From assembly GCA_965603825.1 (NCBI GenBank), contig CBFDEM010000062.1, forward strand, positions 744,001 to 808,000: DNA of 64,000 nucleotides, given 5' to 3'. Source of the DNA: Blepharisma stoltei ATCC 30299 (taxonomy: Eukaryota; Protista; Ciliophora). The position numbers were made by a program, and so were the translations under genes. How positions within the stretch are numbered: position 1 is the first letter of the stretch; the number at the start of each line of letters is the position of its first letter. This document shows, one piece after another, positions 1 to 11,505 of the stretch. A model generated the notes under the pieces. The model was not told the origin of the DNA. It did no database searches and saw only the letters and a list, made by a program, of their open reading frames with translations.

Positions 1-1168
1 AAGTATAATTTTCGTGCTCACAGTATAGTGCAGCTACAGGAGGATGGTGGCTAACTTGTTCGGTAATTATTCGAAAGCCATCCCTTTGTAGCTCAAAGGT
101 TTCACCAAGAAGAGGATTAAATGGCTTCATAGTCCTGCCTAATGTTGTAGCATACGGAGATACAGCGAAGCATGCTACTAAAGCAGCTCGAAGAGAAGGA
201 TCAGGACACTCAGAAGCTCTATTAATAATGCTACTATATGTTAAATCTTCACTATATCGTTGCAGCATAGATAAAGGCTCATTAAAATAGACAGGAACGG
301 CCATTTTGCTTAAATCCTTGCCAATGCTGTCTTTTAAGACTTTTCATATATTGTATTTTGCGTCGGGGTCTTTTTTGCAAGGAAGACAGTCTCGATGATA
401 TAACTCCATTTGATCAGGAATGCTTGGAGACCTGTCATTGACAGGGACGCAAAATGATGGACTATATGAGCTTCTTGCATCAACAAATTCTTCGGTCCCG
501 CATTCACTTACTATTTCGGGGTCATATGATTGTTTTCTATTCATTTGCGCTGGTAGGGTCATTCGTCTATCGTAAATTTGTTCATAATTTATGGTTTCCA
601 TTTCTCTTAGCTTTTCCTCAAGATTTTCCATTTGCTTTTGGCAGTTAGAAGACTCTTCCTCTATTAGATTCACGGTATCCAAAGACAACGATTTAAACTC
701 TTTTGCAGCATTCATCAAATCATGCAGAGACGGAGGAAAAGATGAAATTTCATCTTGCAGCAAGCTTAATTTCTCTTGCATAATTGACTCAAGAACTCAT
801 AATCTGCTTATATAATTTAAAATATTTTGATATTTCTGTTGATCTTCTAAAGGTTCTATTCCTTTTAATTTGTCTTTTGAGCACCGCTCTTCGTCTTTTT
901 GCGTCGATTTATTCTCTTTGAGGGCTTCAATTCAGAGTTTTGCATCATGGATTGTCAAGGCTTTAAGGTGAACTCGGGAGATCCCTGTATTTATTTCGAT
1001 CCTTTTTGGATCTTTATGTGGAATTACATCAGATATATCCAGATGGATTGCACCTTTATAGGGTTTGCCTTTATCATTAGAGTAATATAAAATTCCACTT
1101 GTTAGCACGAAATAGCGCCTGCACCAGCCAGAAACATAGTTGGTCCATTTTAAGAGAAATCCTTCCAT
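1..1168 (-). CDS. Oxysterol-binding protein-related lipid transfer protein (PH + FFAT-like + ORD), runs off window edge
   Basis: PH start MEGFLLKWTNYVSGW. One frame is continuous if TGA at 932-934, 797-799 and 344-346 = Trp. FFAT-like EEFVDARS, then NI(W)KVLKDSIGKDLSKMAVPVYFNEPLSMLQR, KPFNPLLGETFE and the OSBP signature EQVSHHPP. Confidence 0.95.
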
Positions 1169-1271
1169 AGTATTTGCTTGTTTACTTTATTAAGAACTAA
1201 GAAAACTGTATGAAGGAGGGTTATTTTTAATAATTATTTGTTTAGGGAATAATTAAAGAAAGATATGTTTT

Positions 1272-1445
1272 TTATTGCTTTTTCTTACTGAGAATTTTAT
1301 TCACCTCTTCAGAAACTTGATTTTGTGGGCTGGTTTTCCATGATTTCTTCAGCATTAATAAATAAGCTACAAAGCAAAGCGCATGCACTAATAGAAGGAA
1401 ATAAACAAAATATCTGACTTCTGGGCTGAGGGTTTCTGGAAGCAT
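1272..1445 (-). CDS. Small single-pass membrane protein (57 aa), not in ORF track
   Basis: ATG..TAA, MLPETLSPEVRYFVYFLLLVHALCFVAYLLMLKKSWKTSPQNQVSEEVNKILSKKKQ: one hydrophobic helix and a basic tail; more GC-rich than its flanks. Confidence 0.6.
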   Translation of the reverse strand: MLPETLSPEVRYFVYFLLLVHALCFVAYLLMLKKSWKTSPQNQVSEEVNKILSKKKQ

Positions 1446-1858
1446 TTATTTTATTATTATATTGAACCACTTAAAATTTATTTGAATTTAATTTATTAAA
1501 AGTGTATTTGCTGATATAGAAGTGCTAAATAAAGTAGTTTCAATAAAAATATAATTCACAGTGTGCTGATATTAAAAATCATAAAAATAATCTAATTTTC
1601 TGCTTAAAATTTAATTATTGATATGCTAAATGCCTTCTTTATATCAATGCTAATTTGATGAATAGGGTAAAATACGGAATAAAGTTCTTATAAATTTATC
1701 AAAAACAATAGATCATTGATAAATCATATTTTCTCTTATAAAAAGCACAAATTTTTCGTAAAAACAGTTTATCAAGTCCATTTTAATGAAATAATCTATA
1801 CTATTTTTAATTTAAATTATGCTCTAATCGTTTGTATAAATTAAGAGTATTAGGTACA

Positions 1859-2761
1859 CTAAGCTGCCGCTCGCTTTACTCTAACATCATCTTTCGATAA
1901 AAACGTTGTGTTTGGAGAATTGCACTGCAAAATTTCCCAGCTTCCTGCATCAAAAGTTTTCCAACTATTCCCAAAGCCCGAATACCATTTCTGTCCATTG
2001 GGGTCATACACCCAATCTCTTTTATACAGTTCTTCTGCTGATAGCGCTTGCAACATCTCTCCAGGCATATTATAAAAAATATAGAAAAGCGTTTTTATTT
2101 CAAAAATCCCAAACATTTTCATCCTGAGGATTGGCTTGCTGATATAATAGCACGATGGCAGTGAAAATTCTGGCTGCTCTGTAGCGTCAAGTTCCCCATC
2201 TTGGAAAACGTTTGGGAGTGTTGAAGCAAGAATTTCTGAGGATTTCATATTCAGCCCTAGTTTTGTCAAATCTCTTCCTCGAGCAAGCATATGCAAATCA
2301 CTTGTGGTATCCTTTTGTAAGGACAGTATTCCTCTAACCCCAAATGTAAGTTCTTCACTGTCAGGAACTTGCTGCGGAGGAGTTGGTGCAGGAGGAGCTG
2401 GGCTTGGCAGGACGTTAAGTGGCACAAAACTAACTGCATTTGGATTTGGTGCTTTAAGAGTTCTTGGTTGCACTTGAGACTGTGAAAATCCTGGAGGATA
2501 AAATTCTTCTGCTTGTAAATTTGGCAATTTTGGCTGAGATAATTTTGGGAATTCCTCTTCTGATCGATAGAAGTTCGGCACAAACTCATTTGCTGACAAA
2601 TAAAAGTTAGAAGGAGGAGGTCTATACACTTGAGGGCTGTAAAAATCAGCAGAAGGATTCAGATGTTTGCTATATCCATCAGGATCATACACAGGGACCT
2701 TGCCGTTTAAGTTTTCATCTCTTGAGTTAGGATAAAACCCGAGATTTCTATTTGGATGCAT
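1859..2761 (-). CDS. NOT2: CCR4-NOT subunit NOT2-like, with N-terminal PAM2-like repeats
   Basis: FGVRGIL..GRDLTKLGLNM..PEFSLPSCY..TLFYIFYNMPGEMLQALSAEELYKRDW matches the NOT2/3/5 NOT-box. Confidence 0.9.
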   Translation of the reverse strand: MHPNRNLGFYPNSRDENLNGKVPVYDPDGYSKHLNPSADFYSPQVYRPPPSNFYLSANEFVPNFYRSEEEFPKLSQPKLPNLQAEEFYPPGFSQSQVQPRTLKAPNPNAVSFVPLNVLPSPAPPAPTPPQQVPDSEELTFGVRGILSLQKDTTSDLHMLARGRDLTKLGLNMKSSEILASTLPNVFQDGELDATEQPEFSLPSCYYISKPILRMKMFGIFEIKTLFYIFYNMPGEMLQALSAEELYKRDWVYDPNGQKWYSGFGNSWKTFDAGSWEILQCNSPNTTFLSKDDVRVKRAAA

Positions 2762-2812
2762 TTCTTATTATAAATATCCATTTTAAAAGCTATCGTGTTC
2801 TAAAGAAATTGT

Positions 2813-3271
2813 TTAATAATTAGCTTCGCCTTTTCCGCTATAGAAGTCCTTCAAGAAAGAGCTGGAATTGGCATATCTAACGTCATCTAAGTAATTGTAC
2901 CCTCTGTCGTCTATTTTAGGGTTCATAATCATGTGGACAAAGTTATGATGGTGATTATAACACCAAATAGAAGAATGAAGCCAGTCATATCCTCTGATCG
3001 TCAAAGAATCAATAACTCTAGGATTCCTTGCAAATAGAGACTGTCTCAGGAAAGTAGCTAAGTTTAGCTTGGCCTGGGTTGGGTGGATTTGGTTAGTAAT
3101 GGATGAATTTTTCAGGATGTATGGCATTCTTCTGCAAGCGTCTCTATAAAACTTCAAATGCTGAATCTTGGCTTCTGCAAGAGTTTTGGATGGGGTGAGC
3201 CTGTTATGGGTGTAAATTTCTGCAGTCCTGCAAGTGATGTTGTTTGAACCTCTGCCAAAGTACAAGGACAT
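2813..3271 (-). CDS. NDUFA6: Complex I LYR-family subunit, NDUFA6-like
   Basis: FYRDACR LYR-like motif, RNPRVIDSL, C-terminal SSFLKDFYSG; first ATG at 3271. Confidence 0.7.
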   Translation of the reverse strand: MSLYFGRGSNNITCRTAEIYTHNRLTPSKTLAEAKIQHLKFYRDACRRMPYILKNSSITNQIHPTQAKLNLATFLRQSLFARNPRVIDSLTIRGYDWLHSSIWCYNHHHNFVHMIMNPKIDDRGYNYLDDVRYANSSSFLKDFYSGKGEANY

Positions 3272-3321
3272 ATTAAAATTATTACCAATTATTTTTTTAA
3301 ATGAAATAATTTTCAATATAA

Positions 3322-5124
3322 TTAATTTCTTGACTTATTGATCTCTTTAGTAGGATCTTCTAATGATAATGATGCAGCGCTTTCTTCGAGGAATAAATAG
3401 CTTACATCTGATCTAAGTTTTTCACTGATATTCCAAAGTTCGGGGACCGCTATATAAAATTTACCGAATTCTTTAATTCCTCTGTGGCCGATACCATAAT
3501 TTGTAAGGCTTGTGCAAAATGAACTGCAGGTGATTAGTCCTTCATTGTTTTGAAGAGAAAGTGCTTCTTCATAGAGGCGTTCTAGTTGATCTGTGCTTAG
3601 GCTTGGCTCAGCTTTTAGTGCTGCTTGCTCATATTCTGATTGATTTAAATTAATACCGCTTTGGTTGTATATTTTAATCAAATTTGAGACAGCTTTGCAA
3701 TAATATACGTTATAAACTTCTAATAAAGTGGTCAAAAATTTGCATCTGGATATCACATAAGCATTATTTTTGCAATTGGCATAGTATGCTTGGAAGTTTA
3801 TTTTACTGATAAAGTTTTCTTTTGATATAAATCCAAGATTTTTCGGATCAAAAATAGAGCGGAAAATTTGATCGTCGTCCAAAAATACTTTTAGGTCAAG
3901 AATTGACTTTGCATTTGAATAGAAAATCGAAGTTTCAGGTAAATTAGCTAAATTGCTGAGGGCGTCAAATGCTCCATCAGGTGTCATTGCTTGTCTTACG
4001 ATTTTGTAACATAAATGAAATAAAAAGAAATCCTCTTTATTTACGTGCTCAGGCTTTAGTAAAGACAAAATAGCTGTCCTCACTTCTCTATTTGTTTCAA
4101 ATATATTATTTATCAACCCAAACAAATCAATTATAAACGCATCACCCCCCAGCAGTTTATTTGAGCTTTTAGTAAGTCCAGCATTTTTTGATAAATTATT
4201 AAACTCCACCCTCATTTTTGTAATAAAAATTCCTAATGATAACGAAATTGGCTCACTATGGAAAATATGTAGAAGCCGGCACATTAATATTGAATAATGG
4301 TTATGCTGCTTGCAATAATGCTGCAGTGTTGGTATAAGCTCACTTAACGTTTTATACGCTAGTTTTTTAATTCCAAAATGTCTGATTAAATAATCAACCA
4401 TATAGGAGCCAATATCAACCGGTTTTCTTCTCCCAGCTAAATCATTTGCGTCGTTTTCGTATTTTTTATCCATCATTGTTTCACAGGATCTGTAAAGACT
4501 GCTAATCGACATTTGTTTTTGAATTGGGACTTTATGCAGGTTATATTCCTTCATCAGGGTGCTAGAAGCTAATTTATTTTGATAATCTTTTTGAATAAAG
4601 TCTAAGGCAGCTTCTTTATAGTCTTCTTGACTTAAGGTACTTATGGTGCTGTCTTCAGTAATGTTTAAATCGTCACTATTGAAATCTTCTGCTATAATAT
4701 TAGAAGGGATATCTCTTCATTGTTCAATTGCTCAATTAAAGTTCAATTGTCTTCAATATTTATAGTATCTTATCACTGTTTTTGTAGCTGTTCTTAATTT
4801 AAATTTTCTAAAAGCTTCAAGTTCACTTAAGAATTTTTGATTTTGTGATTGGAACTCATTAAGCTCAGTTTTCAGTTTTAGCAATTGCTTTTCAAGTTCA
4901 AAATTTTTGTTTTCAATCGCGGCTATTTTTTTCTCAGATTCCTCATTTTTCGTCAGGATTTTTATTGACTCCGATTTTTCAAAATCCAGCTGTTGCTTCA
5001 GACTTAAATAGTCTTTCTCATATTTTGAGGCTTGAGCGACTGCTTCAGCCTCTTGTCTTTTAAATTTATCTCGCTCACTTAAGGCTTGATTTATTAGTTC
5101 ACCCTGTGATTGGCTGCAGCCCAT
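3322..5124 (-). CDS. N-acylated coiled-coil protein with degenerate EF-hand-like loops (joins ORFs 4753..5124 and 3322..4554)
   Basis: Single frame with TGA=Trp at 4753-55, 4732-34 and 4717-19. MGCSQS N-terminus; DPKNLGFISKENF loop; probable 15-nt intron at 3450-3464. Confidence 0.8.
3450..3464 (-). other. Probable 15-nt spliceosomal intron
   Basis: GTAAATTTTATATAG with TA at positions 9-10, as in the stop-containing introns. It is in frame, so the ORF does not require it. Confidence 0.65.
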
Positions 5125-5495
5125 TTTCTCAAAAGAATTTATACTACAAAGCAGAAATATCGTTATTTTATAAGTAGTAATAATATTTTATAAGCAATCC
5201 GAAATATTAATTGAAATATTTCTCTGAATTTAAAATCTTGCTGATCAAATTTATTTTGCATTAAAAAATATAAATAAAGCAGCTGTATAAATAATTTTAT
5301 TTATGATAAATAAATTAATTTGAAATAAATTATCAATGCCGAATTAAGTTTAATTTAGAGAAAGTCATAGGAATATCTTTTTGTTTTATAAATAAAGTTT
5401 GTTTCTAGAATATAAATAAAAACACAAATTTAAGTTAAAAACATATTTTATTGCCGATCCTAGATATAGCTAAACAATCCTTAAACGCCATAAAT

Positions 5496-7430
5496 ATGGG
5501 CTGTGGAGAGAGCAAAAGAAGCATTCTCGCAGGACTAAATTGCCAAGTTGACCTTGTTAAAAGCCAAAGGCTAAAATTCCAACAAGAAATCGACGAAGCC
5601 AAAAAAGAGCACGAAAAGCATGAAGCTGAACAATCTAAAACCATAAAAAATCTTAATGACGAAAATCAAGACCTTAGGGCTGAAAAGTCAAGAATGGAAA
5701 TTCAGCTAAAAAACCTCGATCCCAAAGCTGACATTGTGAGATCTCAGCTCCACAGCTTAGAAGCTGAATACAAAACCACAAAAAAAGAACTTAAACATTT
5801 ATCCAAAGATCTAAAAGAAGCGGAAAATGAAAAAGAAGCAATTTCAAGCCAATACAAAGAAATATCAGAAGAAATTAACGTTATAATCCAAAATGAACTT
5901 GTGTTGCAAGAAAATATTGAAAATCTTGGTGACGTGGAGGGGTTGCTAAGCGAACTAAATAATACGATTAATAGGCTTGAACAAGAAGTAGTGGAAAAAG
6001 AAAAAAATATACAAAATTTAGAAGAAAAAATTAAGGAAAAGGAAGAGGAGAATAAGAGGAAAGAGGAATTAAAAATTGAAATTAGTGAGGTCTTGTTAAG
6101 CAGTGAGAACGAATCAAAAGTAATGCAAGCAGTGAAAGATGAAATAGTTGAAAATGAAGAATTAAAGAGGCAGGGAGATGAAAAGTCAGCCGAAAATCAA
6201 GGTTTGGAGCAGACAATTAGCTCTCTAGAGATCACACAAGAAGAAATTGAGTCTAATCTTGCACTAGACAAAGAAATCGAAAGACTAACCAGGCTAATTA
6301 ATGAAACCAATGAAACTCATGAAAAAAGAGAAAACTTAGCAAATAAGTTGCAAGAAACTTTAGCGCAGCAAAATCTCCATAATTCGGCCAAGAATAGTCT
6401 TGAAAATGAAATAACTTCAATTCAAGAAGAAATTGATCGACTGAAACGAGAAAAAGAAGAAGCCTTAAACAATAAATTGACACAAGCCATTAATGAATTG
6501 AGTCAAAAAATAGCAGAAAATAATGAAAACTATGGAAAAGAACTTCAAGCGCTACAAGAAGAATTAGATAACTTGCAACAAAAGTTAGATCACAGGCGCG
6601 AAAAAAGGAACAAAAAACAACAAGAAATTAATGAAATGAGAGAAGAGCTAGAAAGAATAGAAAATTCCCCTAAAATAGAAGAAGAGGAATTAGTAGTAGC
6701 TGAAGAAGAAACCCCTAAAAGGCCTGATCCAAATAAAATCGAATATTTCGAAGAAACCAAAGAGCCAGTGCCTGAACCAGCTCAAGCAGAGCCTGAATAC
6801 GACCAAATAGGTTCTGAAATCCCTCAAGAAGCCAACCATTCTGAAACAACCAATGGAGTACCTCACGAAATGATTCCTACACCAGTGAGATACGAAGTTC
6901 CTATCAAGCTGCGTCATTTAAATACAGGCCACGTCCTTCACTCCCACCCTGTTAATTACCATGGAGGTTCAAACCAACAAGAAGTCACCTGCCATGGAAG
7001 CCGAGACGATAATGACTGATGGATAATTAAAGGAGTCCCCCTAAAAAAAGGTGAAAAAATAAAAGGAGGTAAACTCCGTGTCGGTGCTGAAATAGGTAAC
7101 ACTTCATGCATCATTTTACAGCATTTAACAACCAAAAGAAATCTCCATTCACATGCAGGAGTCCAATCCCCTTCATCCCATCAACAAGAAGTCACCTGCT
7201 ATGGCGATTTCGGCAAAGGGGACAGCAATGATTACTGAAAGGTAGAAATTCAAGGCGTGCAAGGCAAAGTGTCTTGGATTTCCAATATGAAAATCCGATT
7301 AATTCATATTAACACCCAGAATGCTTTGCACTCACATGGAGGACATTTCACACAGTCAGGACAGCAAGAAGTGACGTGTTATGAGAACAGAGATGATAAT
7401 GACTTGTGGGTGGTCGAAACCATAGCATAA
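5496..7430 (+). CDS. N-acylated long coiled-coil protein with C-terminal triple MIR domain
   Basis: ATG at 5496 (MGCGES). Three repeats of L.H.NT...LHSH......QQEVTC....D.ND.W; the terminal W is TGA at 7017 and 7236 and TGG in the third repeat. TAA at 7428-7430. Confidence 0.9.
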
Positions 7431-7458
7431 AAATATTAAGTTAATATATCTTCTTTAA

Positions 7459-7827
7459 ATGGGCGAGAAATGGACTGATGATGAAAAAATCGAAATGCTG
7501 CTTCACTCAATAAAAGCTAATACTGCATGTGGAAATGTCAGAAAATCCTTCAACCTCTGTAGAGCTTCCCCATTTGGCAAAACAATTGATCCAGGACTTT
7601 GCAGATTTCAAGCACAAACTTTAATTGACTGTTTCGAAGAAATCAGAAAAATCCCTCCTTCATGCCAAGAAGAATACAGCCAAGCTTTCCAATGTGTGAA
7701 AACTGCACAAAGCGAGTTCATTAGACTAACTACTTGTAATAAAGAAGTAGAAGCCTATGAATTGTGCCCACACCCCGCACAAGAGAATTTTAGGTTTTTT
7801 GATCAAGCATTTAAACGAGGAGAATAA
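7459..7827 (+). CDS. Quadruple CX9C mitochondrial protein, NDUFA8-like
   Basis: Four CX9C motifs in 122 aa. Confidence 0.65.
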   Translation: MGEKWTDDEKIEMLLHSIKANTACGNVRKSFNLCRASPFGKTIDPGLCRFQAQTLIDCFEEIRKIPPSCQEEYSQAFQCVKTAQSEFIRLTTCNKEVEAYELCPHPAQENFRFFDQAFKRGE

Positions 7828-7854
7828 CACAAATTTACTAAAAATATTTAAAAA

Positions 7855-8994
7855 TTAGCCTTCAAAATCACGTTGGTGATGCTGATAGTTCCATTGGTTT
7901 TGGTACACATAAACATTTGTGTATCTATCCCAGTCTTCTTTATATTTATCAGCTCTGTCAGCTGAGCTTAGCTTGTATTCTCCATATCTTCTTTGGAGGA
8001 CGTTTTTAATCCCTTCAATTGTGTCAATTTCTTTTTTTCTGTTTTCTGATTGGGACTCGTGCTGAGATTTCCAGTTTTCACAGAGTTTTTGAACAGAATT
8101 CAATATACTTAAATATCTGCTGTCTTTATCTGAAGCTTTTTCTATTAAGCTGCTTTGAGAGGATATGCAGCTTTGGTGCTGGGAGAGCTGGTCCCTTATT
8201 TTTATTTCTTCATTTTTCAATTTTTCGAGCTCTGAGTTTAGTTTTTCATATAAATCGTTAAATAGCTCAGAAGATTTTTCAGCGATTTTATCAAAATCAA
8301 CTTTTGACTCATTCGAGCTGACCTTAAGATCTTGTAAAAGACGTATAATTCTTTCAAGTGGGACTTTGTCGCCTTGTGAAACTTGGGAAAGCTCTACAAG
8401 TGCTGATATAACAGGGGCTACTTGTGACATTTTCTTTAGCTTTGAGCTCGCTACAATCAAAGATGATGCTTTTTCTGGAAGCTCTGCAAATGCAGCTGGG
8501 GAGACTTTTAAGGCTTCTATTGCATTAATGCAGTCTTCTATAGAATCAGCTAATTGATTGTGGTCAAGAGCTTTGGTTTTATAAGCCAATTCAATGTGAT
8601 TTTTAGCTTCTCCTGCAGTCTCTTTATGGGTTTTTATTGATTCTTGGTCGTTTAAATTGGCTGTTAATTTTCTGTTAAAAATTTCTAACGATGATTCACA
8701 TACACTTTGTGAGGATTTGATTTGGGATAAAATAACATGAGTGTTTCCGAATTCTTTTTGTCTAAATGCAATTTCTTCATCACATTTTTTGACTTGTTGC
8801 TCGTACATTCCATCATGCTCGTTTTGTTCTGAGTGGATTTCTTCTAACAATCGATCCAAGATTTCATATGCATGGGATAGAGGACCTGTGTCTTGGACTT
8901 GTGTCATTAATAGTTTAGGTAAAACTTGGGATGAGTTTTTGATTTTGACTGCTTGGATCAAGCCAAAAACTAAGAGGGCGAGTAAAGTTTTCAT
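7855..8994 (-). CDS. Granule lattice / trichocyst matrix-like secreted protein
   Basis: Signal peptide; coiled coil with spaced Cys; EQNEHD..Y....CDEEI and C..W...HES....RKKEIDTI patterns typical of ciliate extrusome proteins. Confidence 0.7.
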   Translation of the reverse strand: MKTLLALLVFGLIQAVKIKNSSQVLPKLLMTQVQDTGPLSHAYEILDRLLEEIHSEQNEHDGMYEQQVKKCDEEIAFRQKEFGNTHVILSQIKSSQSVCESSLEIFNRKLTANLNDQESIKTHKETAGEAKNHIELAYKTKALDHNQLADSIEDCINAIEALKVSPAAFAELPEKASSLIVASSKLKKMSQVAPVISALVELSQVSQGDKVPLERIIRLLQDLKVSSNESKVDFDKIAEKSSELFNDLYEKLNSELEKLKNEEIKIRDQLSQHQSCISSQSSLIEKASDKDSRYLSILNSVQKLCENWKSQHESQSENRKKEIDTIEGIKNVLQRRYGEYKLSSADRADKYKEDWDRYTNVYVYQNQWNYQHHQRDFEG

Positions 8995-9169
8995 TTTAAA
9001 ATTATGACTGTTAAAGATTTTTGATAAAAAATGAGCTTTATATAAAGAATGGTAGAAATTAATAAGGGGAATATTTATAAATTTAGCTTAAAATTAAGAA
9101 AAAATAATTTAAAAGTTATTAAACGAGGCCTAGTAATTATATAATTTATTTATATATAAAATTTTTTGA

Positions 9170-9610
9170 TTATTTTACTATTACCATGTTGCAATTAGGG
9201 CATTTTTTCTTTCTTGACGTAATAATCCACTCATCAATGCATGAAACATGAAAAATATGTTTGCATTTTGTAAGCCTCAAGGTTTCTCCAGCTTTAAAAT
9301 CCACCAGACAAATAGAGCAAGCTGGCTCTCCTTTGAACTTTTGTTTTGGTGGGAAAAACAATGCAGGCATGATTTTGTTGAGCTCGGCATCTGTAATTTG
9401 AACTGATAACTCGTCCATTACTGAGCCATTATTACTGAAAATTTGACCAGCTTGGTCAGCGGTAGCTCGTCTTCTCAGTTCATTTAATCTTAAATAATAC
9501 CTCCTACAATAGAAGTAAAGAAAAAAAAAGCTAAATAAAGCCTACATTAAAAGTAAAAGAGCAATTACTGAACTTCCAGTGGCTATTAGACTGTTTGTAC
9601 TGTATTCCAT
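9170..9610 (-). CDS. Transmembrane RING-H2 E3 ligase (141 aa after splicing)
   Basis: ATG at 9610 and a TM helix interrupted by a 15-nt intron (9531-9545); CSICLVDF..CKHIFHVSCIDEW..CPNC. Confidence 0.85.
9531..9545 (-). other. 15-nt intron
   Basis: GTAGGCTTTATTTAG; removal eliminates in-frame TAG stops and restores the TM helix. Confidence 0.85.
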
Positions 9611-9821
9611 GTCGTTTTATTATATTTCATAATTTTCGAGAGAATTTCATATTCATTACTTAAGGGAAAGACTAAAAAATAAAACCAGAAACAGCCAGAT
9701 AAAATAAGCTTATTAGATAAAAATGCTGTGAATTTTAAAATGGATATAATTATTTAGGGAAAATAATTAAAAAATTTATTTTTTTAAATATTTATGCATA
9801 AACTGATTTATTTTTCAGCTC

Positions 9822-10178
9822 CTAGCTTTCATTTAAATTCATATTTGTTTTGGCTTCAATTGCCTTTAAAGCTCTTTGCATTCTGTCTTTTATAGCGCTG
9901 CTTCTTGCAGTTGCTGCTTGCATTCTTTTTGCAATACTTTTTAGCCTTTCTTGATACTCCCCAATTCTTTGAAAAGGTTCCCAGTCAAAATCTTGAGGCT
10001 TTTTAAGGGCTTCTTTTTGTTCTTTTAGTAAAGAGTGTGCAGCAAGGTTTAATTTTACGAGATCTTCAGCTCTATAGGTTTCTAGCATACGATATAATTG
10101 CTCTTTTGGAGTTTTTGGAGTCTCTTCTTCCTCTTCTTCTCCCTCACCTATTCCTTCAGAAACTTCATAATCTCCCAT
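9822..10178 (-). CDS. Small coiled-coil protein, possibly BLOC-1 (Snapin/Pallidin-like)
   Basis: Acidic N-terminus; EYQERLKSIAKRM...RSSAIKDRM helix. The product guess is weak. Confidence 0.5.
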   Translation of the reverse strand: MGDYEVSEGIGEGEEEEEETPKTPKEQLYRMLETYRAEDLVKLNLAAHSLLKEQKEALKKPQDFDWEPFQRIGEYQERLKSIAKRMQAATARSSAIKDRMQRALKAIEAKTNMNLNES

Positions 10179-10349
10179 TTTAATAAAAATTATCTAAATA
10201 TTTGAATTCCTCAGTATTTCTAAATTAATTTCTACTAAATATTTTTTTTATTATAGTTTTCTCTATCAAAGTCTAATTCTCCACAAATAGTCTACTTCTT
10301 CGTAAATTCCTTATATTTTACATCTAATTATCCAAATCTAGTTAGATTT

Positions 10350-10814
10350 TTAAAAGTCTCCTCTGCGTGCAATACGATTGCACTCTTCTAAAACTCGATT
10401 TCTTTCAGCTCCAAGTTCAAACTCTGTGCCCACATTTAGCAATTCAAAAAATCTTCTATTATGTTGATTGAACCTTTTTCCGATTTGCCAATAATAAACA
10501 GCTGGCCAAGTTACAAAAAGAGGAGAAAATACAAGCCGCTTGAGGCTCCAGCTCAAGCCTAGCTGCACAAGATTGCCTATGAACATTCCATCAAAAAACG
10601 ATCTCAAAAGCACTGCAAATCTGTACTCCCTCTTTACAATATAAGCCCAATCTCTTTCAGCATCTGTTTTATAGGTGTCTAAATTCTTGTTAAGCACCCA
10701 GTCTTTGACAAATTTCATGCGTAAGTTATCGCAGATGAGATCTGCGTCTTTTTGAGCCTCAGGGGAAAGCTCAGTCTTCTCCTTATAGAAGTACTCTTCA
10801 TCTATGACACCCAT
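10350..10814 (-). CDS. Hypothetical membrane protein (154 aa)
   Basis: Clean ATG-TAA ORF, coding-like composition, two hydrophobic segments. Confidence 0.75.
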   Translation of the reverse strand: MGVIDEEYFYKEKTELSPEAQKDADLICDNLRMKFVKDWVLNKNLDTYKTDAERDWAYIVKREYRFAVLLRSFFDGMFIGNLVQLGLSWSLKRLVFSPLFVTWPAVYYWQIGKRFNQHNRRFFELLNVGTEFELGAERNRVLEECNRIARRGDF

Positions 10815-10829
10815 AATATTTAATTGTAA

Positions 10830-11072
10830 ATGATTTTTGCAGCCATTGGTTCGATACTTAGTTTTTTAGGGGTAGGACTTTCAGTTTGGTCATATAATCA
10901 TCAAGAGAGACCGTACACAAATGCTGAACTTACACAAATGGTAAAGCTGAGAAGGACTGAAGGTGGAAAAGCTAGAAATAGAAAACTTGTAATCACAGTT
11001 GATGAAATCCAGAAGATTGATCCAACATTTAGACCTCCTATAATCCCTGCTTATGGAGAGCCAGATATTTAA
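10830..11072 (+). CDS. Small protein with N-terminal TM/signal anchor (80 aa)
   Basis: Clean ORF with a hydrophobic first 21 aa. Confidence 0.65.
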   Translation: MIFAAIGSILSFLGVGLSVWSYNHQERPYTNAELTQMVKLRRTEGGKARNRKLVITVDEIQKIDPTFRPPIIPAYGEPDI

Positions 11073-11505
11073 GAATTTCTACTTATAGCCTAATACAAAA
11101 TTAAAGAAAATTATGATTTAAATATTTTTAGATTTCTCGAATTTCTTAAGTAAGAAATCTGAAATTTAGCATAAGTTTTTATAATAATTATTATTCACAA
11201 ATTTATGAACAACCTTCAAGCTAAAATGATAATAAAACCAAAAAGAAATCTCGCAAGGAATTATATAAATTTCTTATAGCACGATAACGAATAAGACCAC
11301 CATGATTTTATATAAAAAACATTGGAAATTCTAAATGGGAAATAATGGACCATCATAAATGAGAGATTTCCTAAAAACTGTTTTTTCCTCTACTAGCGTC
11401 CACAGATCTCCGTTCCCCTGCATTTTTATTAATTTCTATTTAATAACGCTATTAAATCTATTTGTAGTAAAATTTCATCGAATTTAATAGCTATAATAAA
11501 AAAGA

